DNA from: a virus | Taxonomy: Duplodnaviria; Caudoviricetes | Length of the DNA stretch: 63,017 nucleotides | Virus record (IMG/VR): IMGVR_UViG_3300032293_001810 | Coordinates: 1 to 63,017 of that record | Direction: 5' to 3' (one strand) | Part shown: positions 1 through 9,062 of the stretch, in pieces | Numbering within the stretch: the stretch's first letter is position 1 | How the letters are laid out: every line of letters starts with the position of its first letter | The notes under the pieces: generated by a model | What the model was told of the DNA's origin: nothing | The model's input: the letters and a program-made list of their open reading frames with translations, nothing else | Databases searched by the model: none | Position numbers and translations under genes: made by a program

Positions 1-123
1 AAGAATTACCTTTTTAGAGGGGGGAATTTACCTTTTTAGAGGGTATATTTGATCAAAATTCATGCTTTTTTAGATAGAATTAGGTTTTTAGGGGGGGGAA
101 TTACATTTTTTTAGGTGGGAATT
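1..123. repeat. Iteron-like array; inverted copy of 33285-33407
   Basis: (G/A)AATT cores at 3, 24, 56, 77, 98, 119 (21/32/21/21/21 spacing). 1-28 is the exact reverse complement of 33380-33407, and 62-83 of 33346-33367. Confidence 0.9.
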
Positions 124-159
124 AGAAAGCATTGTGGACCAGTGGATCATAAAAAAATT

Positions 160-188
160 TAGCATAGATATATTAAAATCTATATACT
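160..188 (+). promoter_or_regulatory. Putative sigma70-type promoter containing the ATATA-N8-TATAT palindrome
   Basis: TAGCAT-17 bp-TATACT, with the palindrome at 168-185, upstream of ORF 249. Confidence 0.45.
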
Positions 189-248
189 ACGATCATCTTC
201 TCACTAGGTGCATGCACAATAGACAACCACAAACCGACGAGGTACAAA

Positions 249-440
249 ATGAGAAAAGTAATGGACAAGCAACAAATGATTATTCTACTAGATCAAGCTA
301 GGGCTGATGTATATAAGAAGGTTGCCAAACAACATGGGAAGAATTTGAGTGCATGGGTACGGATCATTTTAGATCAAGCATGTAGATCAAGTGGTGTAGA
401 GCCTGAGAGTGTACTAAATGATCTTTCTCAGCACGATTAA
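249..440 (+). CDS. Ribbon-helix-helix (CopG/Arc-like) DNA-binding protein
   Basis: Beta-strand QMIILL, then helix ADVYKKVAKQHG and NLSAWVRIILDQA, typical of RHH; GAGG SD. Confidence 0.6.
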   Translation: MRKVMDKQQMIILLDQARADVYKKVAKQHGKNLSAWVRIILDQACRSSGVEPESVLNDLSQHD

Positions 441-990
441 AGATTGTCCCTCATGGGTTTATGATCATCCCTTAAAAAGTGATGATGATATCCTTGATCT
501 ACATAGTAAGGTATGCCAAAGAGAAAATGATCTTTGGGTAGAGTATCATCTTGAGATGAGTGAGATGACTATCACTACTGAAGTGAAATTAATGCTTTAT
601 AATCAGCACACTAAGCTAAGACGCATGCGTCAAACCTTAATTGATACACTTAAAGACGAAATGCCCAAAAATTGCTTTATTCGTACAAAGACCGAAGAGA
701 TACTCTATCGTACGGATCCTGAACTAATGCTTACTCATACTCGCTTACTTATAACTAATCGTGTATCACCTCGTCTAATCCATATTTTCCTTATCGCATA
801 CAAGCTAAGCATTCGTATGGATTTACTAGAAAAAGAGATTGCTGAGTATCATGATAAGGGCATGTCTAAAGCGATTGATCTTTACTCTCAAGTCAATGTG
901 CTAAAGCAAGTAAGAGAGTCAATAGAGCGGTGGATTGGTGGATCATCACATGGAGAACTTGCAGCGCTTGCCTCGCTACATTTCAAATAA
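418..990 (+). CDS. Hypothetical helical protein
   Basis: 190-aa ORF overlapping the preceding gene; no recognised motif. Confidence 0.6.
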   Translation: MIFLSTIKDCPSWVYDHPLKSDDDILDLHSKVCQRENDLWVEYHLEMSEMTITTEVKLMLYNQHTKLRRMRQTLIDTLKDEMPKNCFIRTKTEEILYRTDPELMLTHTRLLITNRVSPRLIHIFLIAYKLSIRMDLLEKEIAEYHDKGMSKAIDLYSQVNVLKQVRESIERWIGGSSHGELAALASLHFK

Positions 991-1041
991 AAAAATATCA
1001 TTTCATGTGTTTATACTTTGTACTCACCAAAGGAGCAAGCC

Positions 1042-1233
1042 ATGTATGGCAATACACTACTAATCAAGCTAGGACTACAAGATAGCATTGTCCTAGATTT
1101 TGAAATCCCTCTCTCATCCTCATGTTCTCTAAACTCACCTGAAGTGATTGACCAGGTGCAAAGGATGAGAAAAGAAATGAAAGCAATCAGTGTTGCATTC
1201 AGACTTGTGCATAAGTTAAAAGGTGCAAAATGA
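1042..1233 (+). CDS. Hypothetical protein (start revised to ATG 1042)
   Basis: AAGGAG 6 nt before ATG 1042; ATGA overlap with the next gene. Confidence 0.55.
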   Translation: MYGNTLLIKLGLQDSIVLDFEIPLSSSCSLNSPEVIDQVQRMRKEMKAISVAFRLVHKLKGAK

Positions 1234-1709
1234 AATATGAATATGACAATGATCATCTACGAATGCTTGAGCAATTGATTGCGACGGGGGAAGTATACAA
1301 GGAGCATAAAAAGGTAAAGCCTTGTCTTAAAATTAGAGGGACTATCTCTGATGAGCAAATTCGTCAAGCTATCGATGATACTAAAACATGGGCTGAGATA
1401 GGTGCATTGGTTGGGATGACGGGGGCGGGGGTGAGAGCAAGAGCAATCGCTTTAGGTATCCAAAAGAAAAAGTTAAATAAGTATGTAACGAATGAGCAAG
1501 TCAAGCAAGCAATGGATGATACTAAGCAAAAGAAAAAGATAAAGGCTGATCAAATCAGATCCGTGTTTGAGCAATATGCTGAAACTAAAACTTGGGAAGA
1601 GATGGGCAACATGCTGGGGATGTCCAAACAAAACTTTACATATCATGCACAAAAATTAGGTTTAGAAAGAAAGAAACTACATAGATCAAGGAATAAGAAT
1701 GATGATTAA
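1230..1709 (+). CDS. Tandem-HTH protein (family A, copy 1)
   Basis: Two TW.E.G..[VL]GM....[AR]..LG HTH repeats; N-terminal DHLRMLEQLIATGEVY. Confidence 0.75.
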   Translation: MKYEYDNDHLRMLEQLIATGEVYKEHKKVKPCLKIRGTISDEQIRQAIDDTKTWAEIGALVGMTGAGVRARAIALGIQKKKLNKYVTNEQVKQAMDDTKQKKKIKADQIRSVFEQYAETKTWEEMGNMLGMSKQNFTYHAQKLGLERKKLHRSRNKNDD

Positions 1710-2304
1710 GAATGATGATGACCGTCTCAGCATGATTGAGGCTATGATTGCAAGCGGTGAGGTTTATGAAGGATATAGGGAAAAAGGAAGTACTCGTGCA
1801 CCAACACCTACTACTACTAAAAAGGTAAGGAAGAAGCGAGAGACTTATAAGCATATCACTGATGATATGATTTTTAAAGCCTTCTCCCACGATAAGACTT
1901 GGCAAGAGATTGGTGCTGAACTAGGTATGACCTTATTTAGCATACGAAAGCGAGCGATGGCTCTCGGACTTGATAAAGAGAATTGTAGTGGTAAGCATGC
2001 ACAAATTAACCTACCGACCTATGACCAATTGAAAGAACTTGCGATACCTGAACGGACATGGAAAGAGATTGCCAAAATGCTCGGTGTTTCACGATTTAGT
2101 CTAGTGAAATATGCTAAATCGGTAGGGATTACAAAAGAGCGTACCCCCCAGCCGTATCATAAAAAGATTGATCCTCAGCGAATGAAACAATTAGTTGATC
2201 AAAACCTTAGTTGGCAAAAGATAGCCGATACTTTGGGTATATCATGCACCTACGCTTATATGTTTGCAAAGAAACATGGGCTACAGAAAGATAACAAATG
2301 CTAG
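1699..2304 (+). CDS. Tandem-HTH protein (family A, copy 2)
   Basis: Three HTH repeats (TWQEIGAELG, TWKEIAKMLG, SWQKIADTLG); N-terminal DRLSMIEAMIASGEVY is paralogous to ORF 1230. Confidence 0.8.
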   Translation: MMIKNDDDRLSMIEAMIASGEVYEGYREKGSTRAPTPTTTKKVRKKRETYKHITDDMIFKAFSHDKTWQEIGAELGMTLFSIRKRAMALGLDKENCSGKHAQINLPTYDQLKELAIPERTWKEIAKMLGVSRFSLVKYAKSVGITKERTPQPYHKKIDPQRMKQLVDQNLSWQKIADTLGISCTYAYMFAKKHGLQKDNKC

Positions 2305-3053
2305 AAGAAAACAGAATCCATCTTGGCGATTGCCTTGACCTTATGCCATCCATTCCATCGAAGTCGGTTGATATGATCCTTTGCGATTTGCCTTATGGTA
2401 CAACGGCTTGCGAGTGGGATTCTATCATTGACATGTCTAAACTTTGGCAAGAGTATGAACGAGTTATCAAAGACAATGGGGCGATTGTTTTGACGGCCAA
2501 TGCAAAATTCACTTTTCTTTTAGGTGCATCCAATATCAAGTTGCTTAGATATAAATGGGTGTGGATGAAAACTAGAAAAACTATGTTTTTACAAGCAAAT
2601 AAGATGCCATTAAGACAACATGAAGATGTATTAATTTTTTACAAATCTTTGCCAACATATAACCCTCAAAAAGAACCTTGTGAACCTAAAAAAACATCGC
2701 ATAAAAAAACAACAGTCAAAGATAATCAAACGTGGAATAAGAACCTTATTCGCATAGAAACAAATAATGAGGGTTTAACATATCCGAGCGATTTGTTATC
2801 ACTTGATGATATTGAAAAAACAATCCATCCAACACAAAAGCCAGTGGCCTTGTTTGAGTACCTAATCAAAACCTACTCCAATGAAGGCGAACTAGTCTTA
2901 GATAATTGCAGTGGATCAGGTACAACGGCAATCGCTTGCATGAATACCAATAGAAGGTTTATTTGCATTGAGAGGGATGAAACCTATCACCGCAAGAGCA
3001 TTGAGAGAATGAACAACCATGAACCACTATTCCATTTGGGGGATAAATGCTAG
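2298..3053 (+). CDS. Beta-class N6-A/N4-C DNA methyltransferase (copy 1)
   Basis: GDCL, motif IV DLPY, HPTQKP, motif I LDNCSGSGTT (order IV-TRD-I). Confidence 0.93.
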   Translation: MLEENRIHLGDCLDLMPSIPSKSVDMILCDLPYGTTACEWDSIIDMSKLWQEYERVIKDNGAIVLTANAKFTFLLGASNIKLLRYKWVWMKTRKTMFLQANKMPLRQHEDVLIFYKSLPTYNPQKEPCEPKKTSHKKTTVKDNQTWNKNLIRIETNNEGLTYPSDLLSLDDIEKTIHPTQKPVALFEYLIKTYSNEGELVLDNCSGSGTTAIACMNTNRRFICIERDETYHRKSIERMNNHEPLFHLGDKC

Positions 3054-3811
3054 AAGAAAACAAAATCCATTTAGGCGATTGCCTTGATCTAATGCCATCA
3101 ATCCCATCGAAGTCGGTTGACATGATCCTTTGCGACTTGCCTTATGGTACAACGGCTTGCGAATGGGATTCTATTATCGATATGGCTAGGCTTTGGCAAG
3201 AGTATGAACGAGTGATTAAGGATAATGGAGCTATTGTTTTGACGGCGAATAATGTCTTTACTTTCAAGCTATGGTCAAGCAATCCATACATTTTTAAGTA
3301 TAAAATAATATGGGATAAAATCATGAAGGTTGGACATTTATCAGCAAATAAGATGCCAATGAAACAGCATGAAGATATTTTGATTTTTTATAAACATCAA
3401 CCTTGTTTTAATCCTCAAAAGACAAGCGGTGAGAAATATGTTGTAAAAAGAAACAAAACTATGAAAGCTCCTGAATATCAAATAGGAGCTCCTATCGCTA
3501 GAACAGACACAATTAACGATGGTGATAGATATCCGAGCGATATCATTTGTTTTTCAGCCAACACATTTACTAAAGATATTGGGATGCATCCAACACAAAA
3601 GCCAGTAGCCTTGTTTGAGTACCTAATCAAAACCTATACCAATGAGAACGAGCTAGTCCTAGATAATTGCTCAGGTTCAGGGACTACAGCCATAGCTTGC
3701 ATGAATACCAATAGACGGTTCATTTGCATTGAGAGGGATGAAACCTATCACAAGAAGAGCATTGAACGAATGAATAACCACGAGCCATTATTTCACTTAG
3801 GAAAATCATGA
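3047..3811 (+). CDS. Beta-class N6-A/N4-C DNA methyltransferase (copy 2)
   Basis: Same motifs as copy 1; near-identical termini and a divergent central TRD. Confidence 0.93.
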   Translation: MLEENKIHLGDCLDLMPSIPSKSVDMILCDLPYGTTACEWDSIIDMARLWQEYERVIKDNGAIVLTANNVFTFKLWSSNPYIFKYKIIWDKIMKVGHLSANKMPMKQHEDILIFYKHQPCFNPQKTSGEKYVVKRNKTMKAPEYQIGAPIARTDTINDGDRYPSDIICFSANTFTKDIGMHPTQKPVALFEYLIKTYTNENELVLDNCSGSGTTAIACMNTNRRFICIERDETYHKKSIERMNNHEPLFHLGKS

Positions 3812-4854
3812 ATGAAACTCAATTGATGAAGGTTGCTACGCTCTTGCGTGGGAAGATGGAAACAACACAATATACTAATTTTATCTTGTCCCTTATCGCT
3901 TACCAAATGCTTGCTCCCCAGCACAAGCTTGAGTGCGATGTTTATGAAGGTATGCAGCAATTAAATGCATTGCTCCCACATGCTCAAGGGATTGATCTTT
4001 TTGATTGCGACCTATTCAAAGATCAAGCTTTAGTAGATCAGATCTTACCTGAGCTGGATATCTCAAAGATTGATAGTCATTCTTTTGGGGATATCTATGA
4101 GATGATACTAGGCTTTTTTAGTAAGGGCAATTCAGCGATTTTTGGGGAATTCTATACGCCAAAAGAACTTGCTCAGCTACAAGCTACTCTCACAATTACC
4201 GATCAAGCTAAATCTATTTATGATCCTACTTGTGGTGCTGGTGGGCTGATCTTACAAGGTGTTGGGAAAGTGGATAAATTCTATGGTCAAGAACTAAATA
4301 AAGAGACCTTCAAGATTTGTAGGAAGAATTTACTCATACATGGCCTACGACCAGATCAATGTGATATTCGTTGGGGGGATACCTTAGCTGATCCTCAGCA
4401 CAAGGATCTAAAGTTTGATGCAATCCTAGCAAATCCACCTTTTTCAGTAGCATGGGAGCAAGCAAAGTTTAAGAATGATCCACGCTTTGGCGGGATACTA
4501 GCACCTAAATCAACCGCCGATCTTGCTTTTGTTCAGCATATGATGCACCACCTATCTGATGATGGGATATGCTCCATTGTCCTACCTCATGGCGTCTTGT
4601 TTAGAGGTAGTAGTGAGCAAAAAATAAGGGAGGATTTGATTAAGAAGAATTACATTGATACGGTGATAGGTCTACCTCCAAAGATATTTCAACAAACCGA
4701 TATCCCTACTTGCATGCTCATCTTGAAGAAGAATAGAGTCAATACAGATATTTTATTTATAGACGCAAGTGACGAGTGTGAGAAGGTTGGCAAGAAGAAC
4801 AAATTATTGACCGCCAAGATCATAGAGGCGGTTAAGAATAGGGGGCAAGTATGA
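3808..4854 (+). CDS. hsdM: Type I R-M methyltransferase subunit, catalytic part (orphan, split)
   Basis: GEFYTP, YDPTCGAGG, YGQE, NPPF, LPHGVLFR, FIDAS; the C-terminal tail is in the next ORF. Confidence 0.88.
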   Translation: MNETQLMKVATLLRGKMETTQYTNFILSLIAYQMLAPQHKLECDVYEGMQQLNALLPHAQGIDLFDCDLFKDQALVDQILPELDISKIDSHSFGDIYEMILGFFSKGNSAIFGEFYTPKELAQLQATLTITDQAKSIYDPTCGAGGLILQGVGKVDKFYGQELNKETFKICRKNLLIHGLRPDQCDIRWGDTLADPQHKDLKFDAILANPPFSVAWEQAKFKNDPRFGGILAPKSTADLAFVQHMMHHLSDDGICSIVLPHGVLFRGSSEQKIREDLIKKNYIDTVIGLPPKIFQQTDIPTCMLILKKNRVNTDILFIDASDECEKVGKKNKLLTAKIIEAVKNRGQV

Positions 4855-5060
4855 AATCGCATATTGTAACACTAGAAGAAATCAAAAAGAATGATTTTAA
4901 CTTAAATATCCCTCGATATATCTCAAATTGTGCACCTGAAGAAATTATCGATTTAGATCAGACATTAAATGAGTTGATTGAGTGTAATAGGGATATCAAG
5001 AAAGCAACCGAACAAATCAATGTATTCCTACGAGAACTAGGGATGAAAGAGATTGAATGA
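4851..5060 (+). CDS. C-terminal tail of HsdM encoded as a separate ORF
   Basis: VTLEEIKKNDFNLNIPRYI...EEIIDL...LRELG is the typical HsdM C-terminus; ATGA overlap with the upstream ORF. Confidence 0.8.
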   Translation: MKSHIVTLEEIKKNDFNLNIPRYISNCAPEEIIDLDQTLNELIECNRDIKKATEQINVFLRELGMKEIE

Positions 5061-5304
5061 TATGTTTTTCCTCAGCCTTTTAAATATGTTCATCATGTGG
5101 ATGATCGTAAAGCCATTCGTGGATTTATCCATGAGCCTCGCTCTTAAAGAAGAGAGCATGATGTTGGTACTTACCACACTGATGAGTTTAGCAAGCCTAT
5201 TTTCGCTATGTGTACTAGCACCTATCCCCATGTTTAGCACAATGACTTTGCTTACAATCATGGAACAAGGGTATGCCTTCTGGACGAAGAGGAAACTAAA
5301 ATAA
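5053..5304 (+). CDS. Small membrane protein
   Basis: Two to three hydrophobic segments and a basic C-terminus. Confidence 0.5.
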   Translation: MNDMFFLSLLNMFIMWMIVKPFVDLSMSLALKEESMMLVLTTLMSLASLFSLCVLAPIPMFSTMTLLTIMEQGYAFWTKRKLK

Positions 5305-5380
5305 AAAAAAAAATGAAGCATGATGAAAACAAATAACTTACTTTAGTGTTTTTATATTTACCTCATACAAGGAGACAAAA

Positions 5381-5563
5381 ATGAGTGAACATGAAAAACT
5401 GATCAAGATCAATAGCCTTTTGATTTTGATCCTACATTACCGACTTGATAAAAGTATTGAACCTGATGAAACCTTTAGAGCAAGCGTATTTGAACTACTT
5501 GGTGATATTGGTTTCTTATTTCCTCAAGAGAATACCTACCACAAAAAAATTGTATTGTATTAG
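5381..5563 (+). CDS. Hypothetical protein
   Basis: AAGGAG SD before the ATG. Confidence 0.55.
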   Translation: MSEHEKLIKINSLLILILHYRLDKSIEPDETFRASVFELLGDIGFLFPQENTYHKKIVLY

Positions 5564-5589
5564 TACATACTCACAAGGAGCAAAAAATC

Positions 5590-5850
5590 ATGCTGATCAT
5601 TTTACATCATATATTCAACACAGCACTTCTTATCTATTTTACACCATCGGTAACAAGTGCCTTAATGGAACAACAAGACCCACCTGTATCAAAAAGATAT
5701 AGACAAGCAACTGTCTATACTTGGTATGCACTTTTACCTGTGCATTCTTTCATTTTCTTTAAAGATTATCCACTAGTACTAACTTTCGTAATCTTTTGGT
5801 TTTATATGATTTCACTATCTTGGGAACAAGATGACAATTCAAATCATTAG
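5590..5850 (+). CDS. Small membrane protein
   Basis: AAGGAG SD; three hydrophobic segments. Confidence 0.55.
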   Translation: MLIILHHIFNTALLIYFTPSVTSALMEQQDPPVSKRYRQATVYTWYALLPVHSFIFFKDYPLVLTFVIFWFYMISLSWEQDDNSNH

Positions 5851-5874
5851 AAAATCAAAAAGCTACGCATTGCT

Positions 5875-6036
5875 ATGGATTTATACGGCAAGCTAATCAG
5901 AAGCTTTTTAGATGAAGTTTCTGATATCCATGAGGGTATGCCACGATTGACCGAATATCATCAAGCCTATCACAAACAAGTAACTCAAAAGCAAAAAGAC
6001 TTTGACGCTTTAAGAGAGTTGAATAAAGAAGAATGA
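5875..6036 (+). CDS. Small hypothetical protein (53 aa, not in the ORF track)
   Basis: MDLYGKLIRS...LNKEE; the stop overlaps the next ATG (ATGA). It may be a frameshifted gene starting at 5831. Confidence 0.35.
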   Translation: MDLYGKLIRSFLDEVSDIHEGMPRLTEYHQAYHKQVTQKQKDFDALRELNKEE

Positions 6037-6338
6037 AAGATAAGAAACAACAAGTGACTACACCAGTCACAAAAAAGCATATGAAGCAAAAGTTTAAAGA
6101 GTTAAGAGAGGTAATCTTTACCCCAGAGCATGAGCCAAACGAGAAAGAGCTTGAGATGTTTGAGGTTGTAAAGGATGTAATTGCTTCACCTGAATTTAAA
6201 CCTACAAAGAAAGATTTGAAGAAACAAATCAAATCCCTACAAGATCAAGTATTCAAACTAGAGGATGATGTCTTATTTTGGAAGGCTCAATTAGAAGAGT
6301 TTAACCGTTGGATTGGTGACGCTAAAAAAACTCAATGA
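6033..6338 (+). CDS. Hypothetical coiled-coil protein
   Basis: Heptad pattern LKKQIKSLQDQVFKLEDDV. Confidence 0.6.
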   Translation: MKDKKQQVTTPVTKKHMKQKFKELREVIFTPEHEPNEKELEMFEVVKDVIASPEFKPTKKDLKKQIKSLQDQVFKLEDDVLFWKAQLEEFNRWIGDAKKTQ

Positions 6339-6455
6339 GAGATTTAAAATTATGGTAAAACATATTTATCAGCTCCTCACCTTTTTGAGGGAATATAAGA
6401 ACAACGATGACGACACTTGTGTAATGCGTAGCACCTTTGGAGCTGATACTATCTG

Positions 6456-6860
6456 ATGGCTAAACAAAAAGAAAAACAAATTCTATCTGAACAAGAGATA
6501 GAATATATGCAAAAATTAAAGCGGGCAATTATCACTGAGCCAAATATGAGAAAAATTGATATCTGGGGGCTTAGTCATGTATTTGTCCCTATTCTTATGC
6601 AACCTGAAAACACAATCACTACATTGCGACGATTGCTTGCGATTGTAGAGTACCCCCATGATCTAGTGGATATGGAGGATCATGTGATTTCCATACAAAA
6701 AGATATGACAATTAAATTTAAGATGAGTTGGCAAACATTGGATTTACTACTCGTCTTTGAGAAGATGATCGGTGAGCGAGTATTCCTAGAGGATGGAAAG
6801 GTTAAAATAGGGACTTTTTTTAAAGAGGATTTTGAAAAAATATTACACCTACATTTATAA
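6456..6860 (+). CDS. Hypothetical protein
   Basis: 134-aa ORF with GGAG upstream. Confidence 0.55.
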   Translation: MAKQKEKQILSEQEIEYMQKLKRAIITEPNMRKIDIWGLSHVFVPILMQPENTITTLRRLLAIVEYPHDLVDMEDHVISIQKDMTIKFKMSWQTLDLLLVFEKMIGERVFLEDGKVKIGTFFKEDFEKILHLHL

Positions 6861-6871
6861 AAAAACGGGTA

Positions 6872-6912
6872 TCCATGTGTTTTTGTAGAAACTCACTACA
6901 AAAGGACATGGA
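6872..6912 (+). promoter_or_regulatory. 17-bp inverted repeat covering the recombinase SD (hairpin or res/operator site)
   Basis: TCCATGTGTTTTTGTAG-aaactca-CTACAAAAGGACATGGA, with one mismatch and one G:U pair. Confidence 0.55.
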
Positions 6913-6913
6913 C

Positions 6914-7504
6914 ATGTTAATCGGTTATGCTCGCGTCTCTACTGATGACCAATCACTTGATCTTCAAATTGACTATTTAAAATCCGTCGGTTGCCTAAAA
7001 ATATATCAAGAAAAATTTACGGGAAAGACAAAAGAACGACCTGAACTAAAGAAGGCTCTCAAGTCATTAAAAGCTGGTGATACACTTGTATGCTTAAAGC
7101 TTGATAGGCTTGGTAGATCTATGAAGGACTTGATTGAACTAGTGGAGCAAATCAAAGCAAAAGGTTGTCACTTTAAGACTAGCGACGGGATTGATACAAG
7201 CACACACATGGGCGTATTCATCTTTCATATCTTTGGGGCTTTGGCTGAAATGGAATTAGGCTTGATCAAGGAGAGAACAATCTTGGGATTGAAAGCAGCA
7301 AGAGAGCGAGGACGAATAGGTGGACGACCAAAAGGCCTATCACGAAAACTTGAAAGTGTGAAATATACGGTCAAAGAGATGTATCTAAATGGTAGTAGCA
7401 CGGATGAAATATGTAAAATATGTAGTGTATCAAAAGGTTCTCTTTATAGAATGCTACGGGATTTAAAGATTGATCTAAGAGTACCAAAACACGCTGAGGT
7501 TTAA
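6914..7504 (+). CDS. Small serine recombinase (resolvase/invertase family)
   Basis: IGYARVST (catalytic Ser), LDRLGR, ERT..G...AR.RGR.GGRP, C-terminal HTH; AAAGGA SD supports the start at 6914. Confidence 0.95.
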   Translation: MLIGYARVSTDDQSLDLQIDYLKSVGCLKIYQEKFTGKTKERPELKKALKSLKAGDTLVCLKLDRLGRSMKDLIELVEQIKAKGCHFKTSDGIDTSTHMGVFIFHIFGALAEMELGLIKERTILGLKAARERGRIGGRPKGLSRKLESVKYTVKEMYLNGSSTDEICKICSVSKGSLYRMLRDLKIDLRVPKHAEV

Positions 7505-7512
7505 TTTAAATA

Positions 7513-8085
7513 ATGGACGATCGACTCAGCAAAAGAAAATATTCAAATAGGTCTCGTAGTGTTTGGGAAGTTTTGGCAAGCATGCCTATTGATCCAGATG
7601 ATCCACTACTAGCCTTGGAGCAAAACATAAAAAATAAAATGTATGACAAGCAATTCTATAAGCGAAAGCGGGCAAGCACACATAAGCACAAGATTGAGAT
7701 TGATATCCATAAAGTCCGAGAACTATGTAGCCAACCGCTTACTTGGGGGCAAATCGGTACTATACTAGGTGTATCAGATAGTAAGGTCAGAGCATTTGCT
7801 CAAATACATGGGATAAAGAAAACACATACACCTAGAGGGATAAAAAAGACGGGGACGGCTCTCACGAGTAAAGACTACCAACAACGCTACTATGATAAAA
7901 ATAGTCCGTCCGTTGAAGAGCTAGACAATTTGATGATTATCTATAAAGGCTTTATCGGATTACTAGCATACAAACTTGAGAAAAGCTTTCACATAACAAG
8001 GAACATGCTGAAATTTCGAGGTAGATATGAAGCTTGGCTCGCTTACAATAAAATCCACCGTGAAGAAATTTGTGGAAAATCTTAA
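7513..8085 (+). CDS. HTH protein (family B, copy 1)
   Basis: LTWGQIGTILGVS HTH, AT-hook-like PRGIKKTG; paralog of ORF 8496. Confidence 0.7.
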   Translation: MDDRLSKRKYSNRSRSVWEVLASMPIDPDDPLLALEQNIKNKMYDKQFYKRKRASTHKHKIEIDIHKVRELCSQPLTWGQIGTILGVSDSKVRAFAQIHGIKKTHTPRGIKKTGTALTSKDYQQRYYDKNSPSVEELDNLMIIYKGFIGLLAYKLEKSFHITRNMLKFRGRYEAWLAYNKIHREEICGKS

Positions 8086-8229
8086 TCTTTCTTCTTAGCT
8101 TTATACTTTTCCCACAAACCTTGTTCAGCGATTAAACTAACCGCCTCTGGTACATAAAAATATTTCATATAAAAATCCTTTGTGCGTGTTTATATACAAA
8201 CCTAGCATATCAAAAAAGCAAAGGACAAA

Positions 8230-8499
8230 ATGAATAATCAAGAAGAAAAGATCAAGATCAACATGGATTTGCGTGCAATTGAGCATTCATCAAGGCTTGG
8301 GGAAGATCAAGACAAGCTTATACTTAGATATCAAGCATTAGCTGATCATTGCACCACCTATTTACTAAAGAGCGATTTAACCGTTGAACAACAAACATAT
8401 GCACAAACCGTTAAAGATAGTTGTTTACTACAAATTTATTTCATGACTATGTCTAGTGATGAGAAAGCTAAGCATGCAAATATGTGGAGTAGAAGATGA
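8230..8499 (+). CDS. Hypothetical protein
   Basis: AAGGA SD; ATGA overlap downstream. Confidence 0.55.
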   Translation: MNNQEEKIKINMDLRAIEHSSRLGEDQDKLILRYQALADHCTTYLLKSDLTVEQQTYAQTVKDSCLLQIYFMTMSSDEKAKHANMWSRR

Positions 8500-9062
8500 A
8501 GACATATAAAGTACAATCTGATGTACGAACAATGTTTGATGTTTTACAATCCATGCCTATGGATCCTGATGACCGTCTTTTAGAGATTGAGAAAAAGATG
8601 GAAAACAATGAATATGATGACGGCTTTTATGAAAAGCGAAAATCAAGAAAAGTACTAGCAAATCGCAAGCATTTTCTTGATAAAGATGAAGTTGCGAGCC
8701 TATGTAGCCAACCTCTAACTTGGAAACAAATTGAGGAAAAGCTAGGTGTACCCTCGCAAATAATCATGGATTTTGCTCGCAGTCATGGTATTGAGAAGGT
8801 GCATACACCAGCAGGTAGAAAAAAGACCGGCACAGCTATGACACAAAAAGAAATTGCTCGTAGGTACTATGAGAAAAACTCACCGTCCGTTGAAGAACTA
8901 GATCGTCTTATGCACCTTTACGGTGGCTTTATAGGATTACTAGCTTTTAAACTAGATAAAAGTTTCCAAATCACTCGTAACATGCTCAAGTTTCGAGGTA
9001 GATATGACGCTTGGATTAAATACAATTATCATTTAGGGAAAGGTGGCAAGCCACAAAAATGA
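8496..9062 (+). CDS. HTH protein (family B, copy 2)
   Basis: LCSQPLTWKQIEEKLGVP; shares SPSVEELD and RNMLKFRGRY with ORF 7513. Confidence 0.7.
   Translation: MKTYKVQSDVRTMFDVLQSMPMDPDDRLLEIEKKMENNEYDDGFYEKRKSRKVLANRKHFLDKDEVASLCSQPLTWKQIEEKLGVPSQIIMDFARSHGIEKVHTPAGRKKTGTAMTQKEIARRYYEKNSPSVEELDRLMHLYGGFIGLLAFKLDKSFQITRNMLKFRGRYDAWIKYNYHLGKGGKPQK

Noticed and set aside
5848-6036. Open frame continuing past the TAG of ORF 5590, suggesting TAG recoding
   Set aside because: Long conserved genes are intact in the standard code, and several (nrdB, the helicase, MTase-1) end properly at TAG. A downstream ATG or a local frameshift explains it.
6914-7504. Recombinase as an integrase or part of a Tn3/IS607 element
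   Set aside because: Small resolvase architecture with a C-terminal HTH; no transposase, TnpB, terminal repeats or large recombinase domain.
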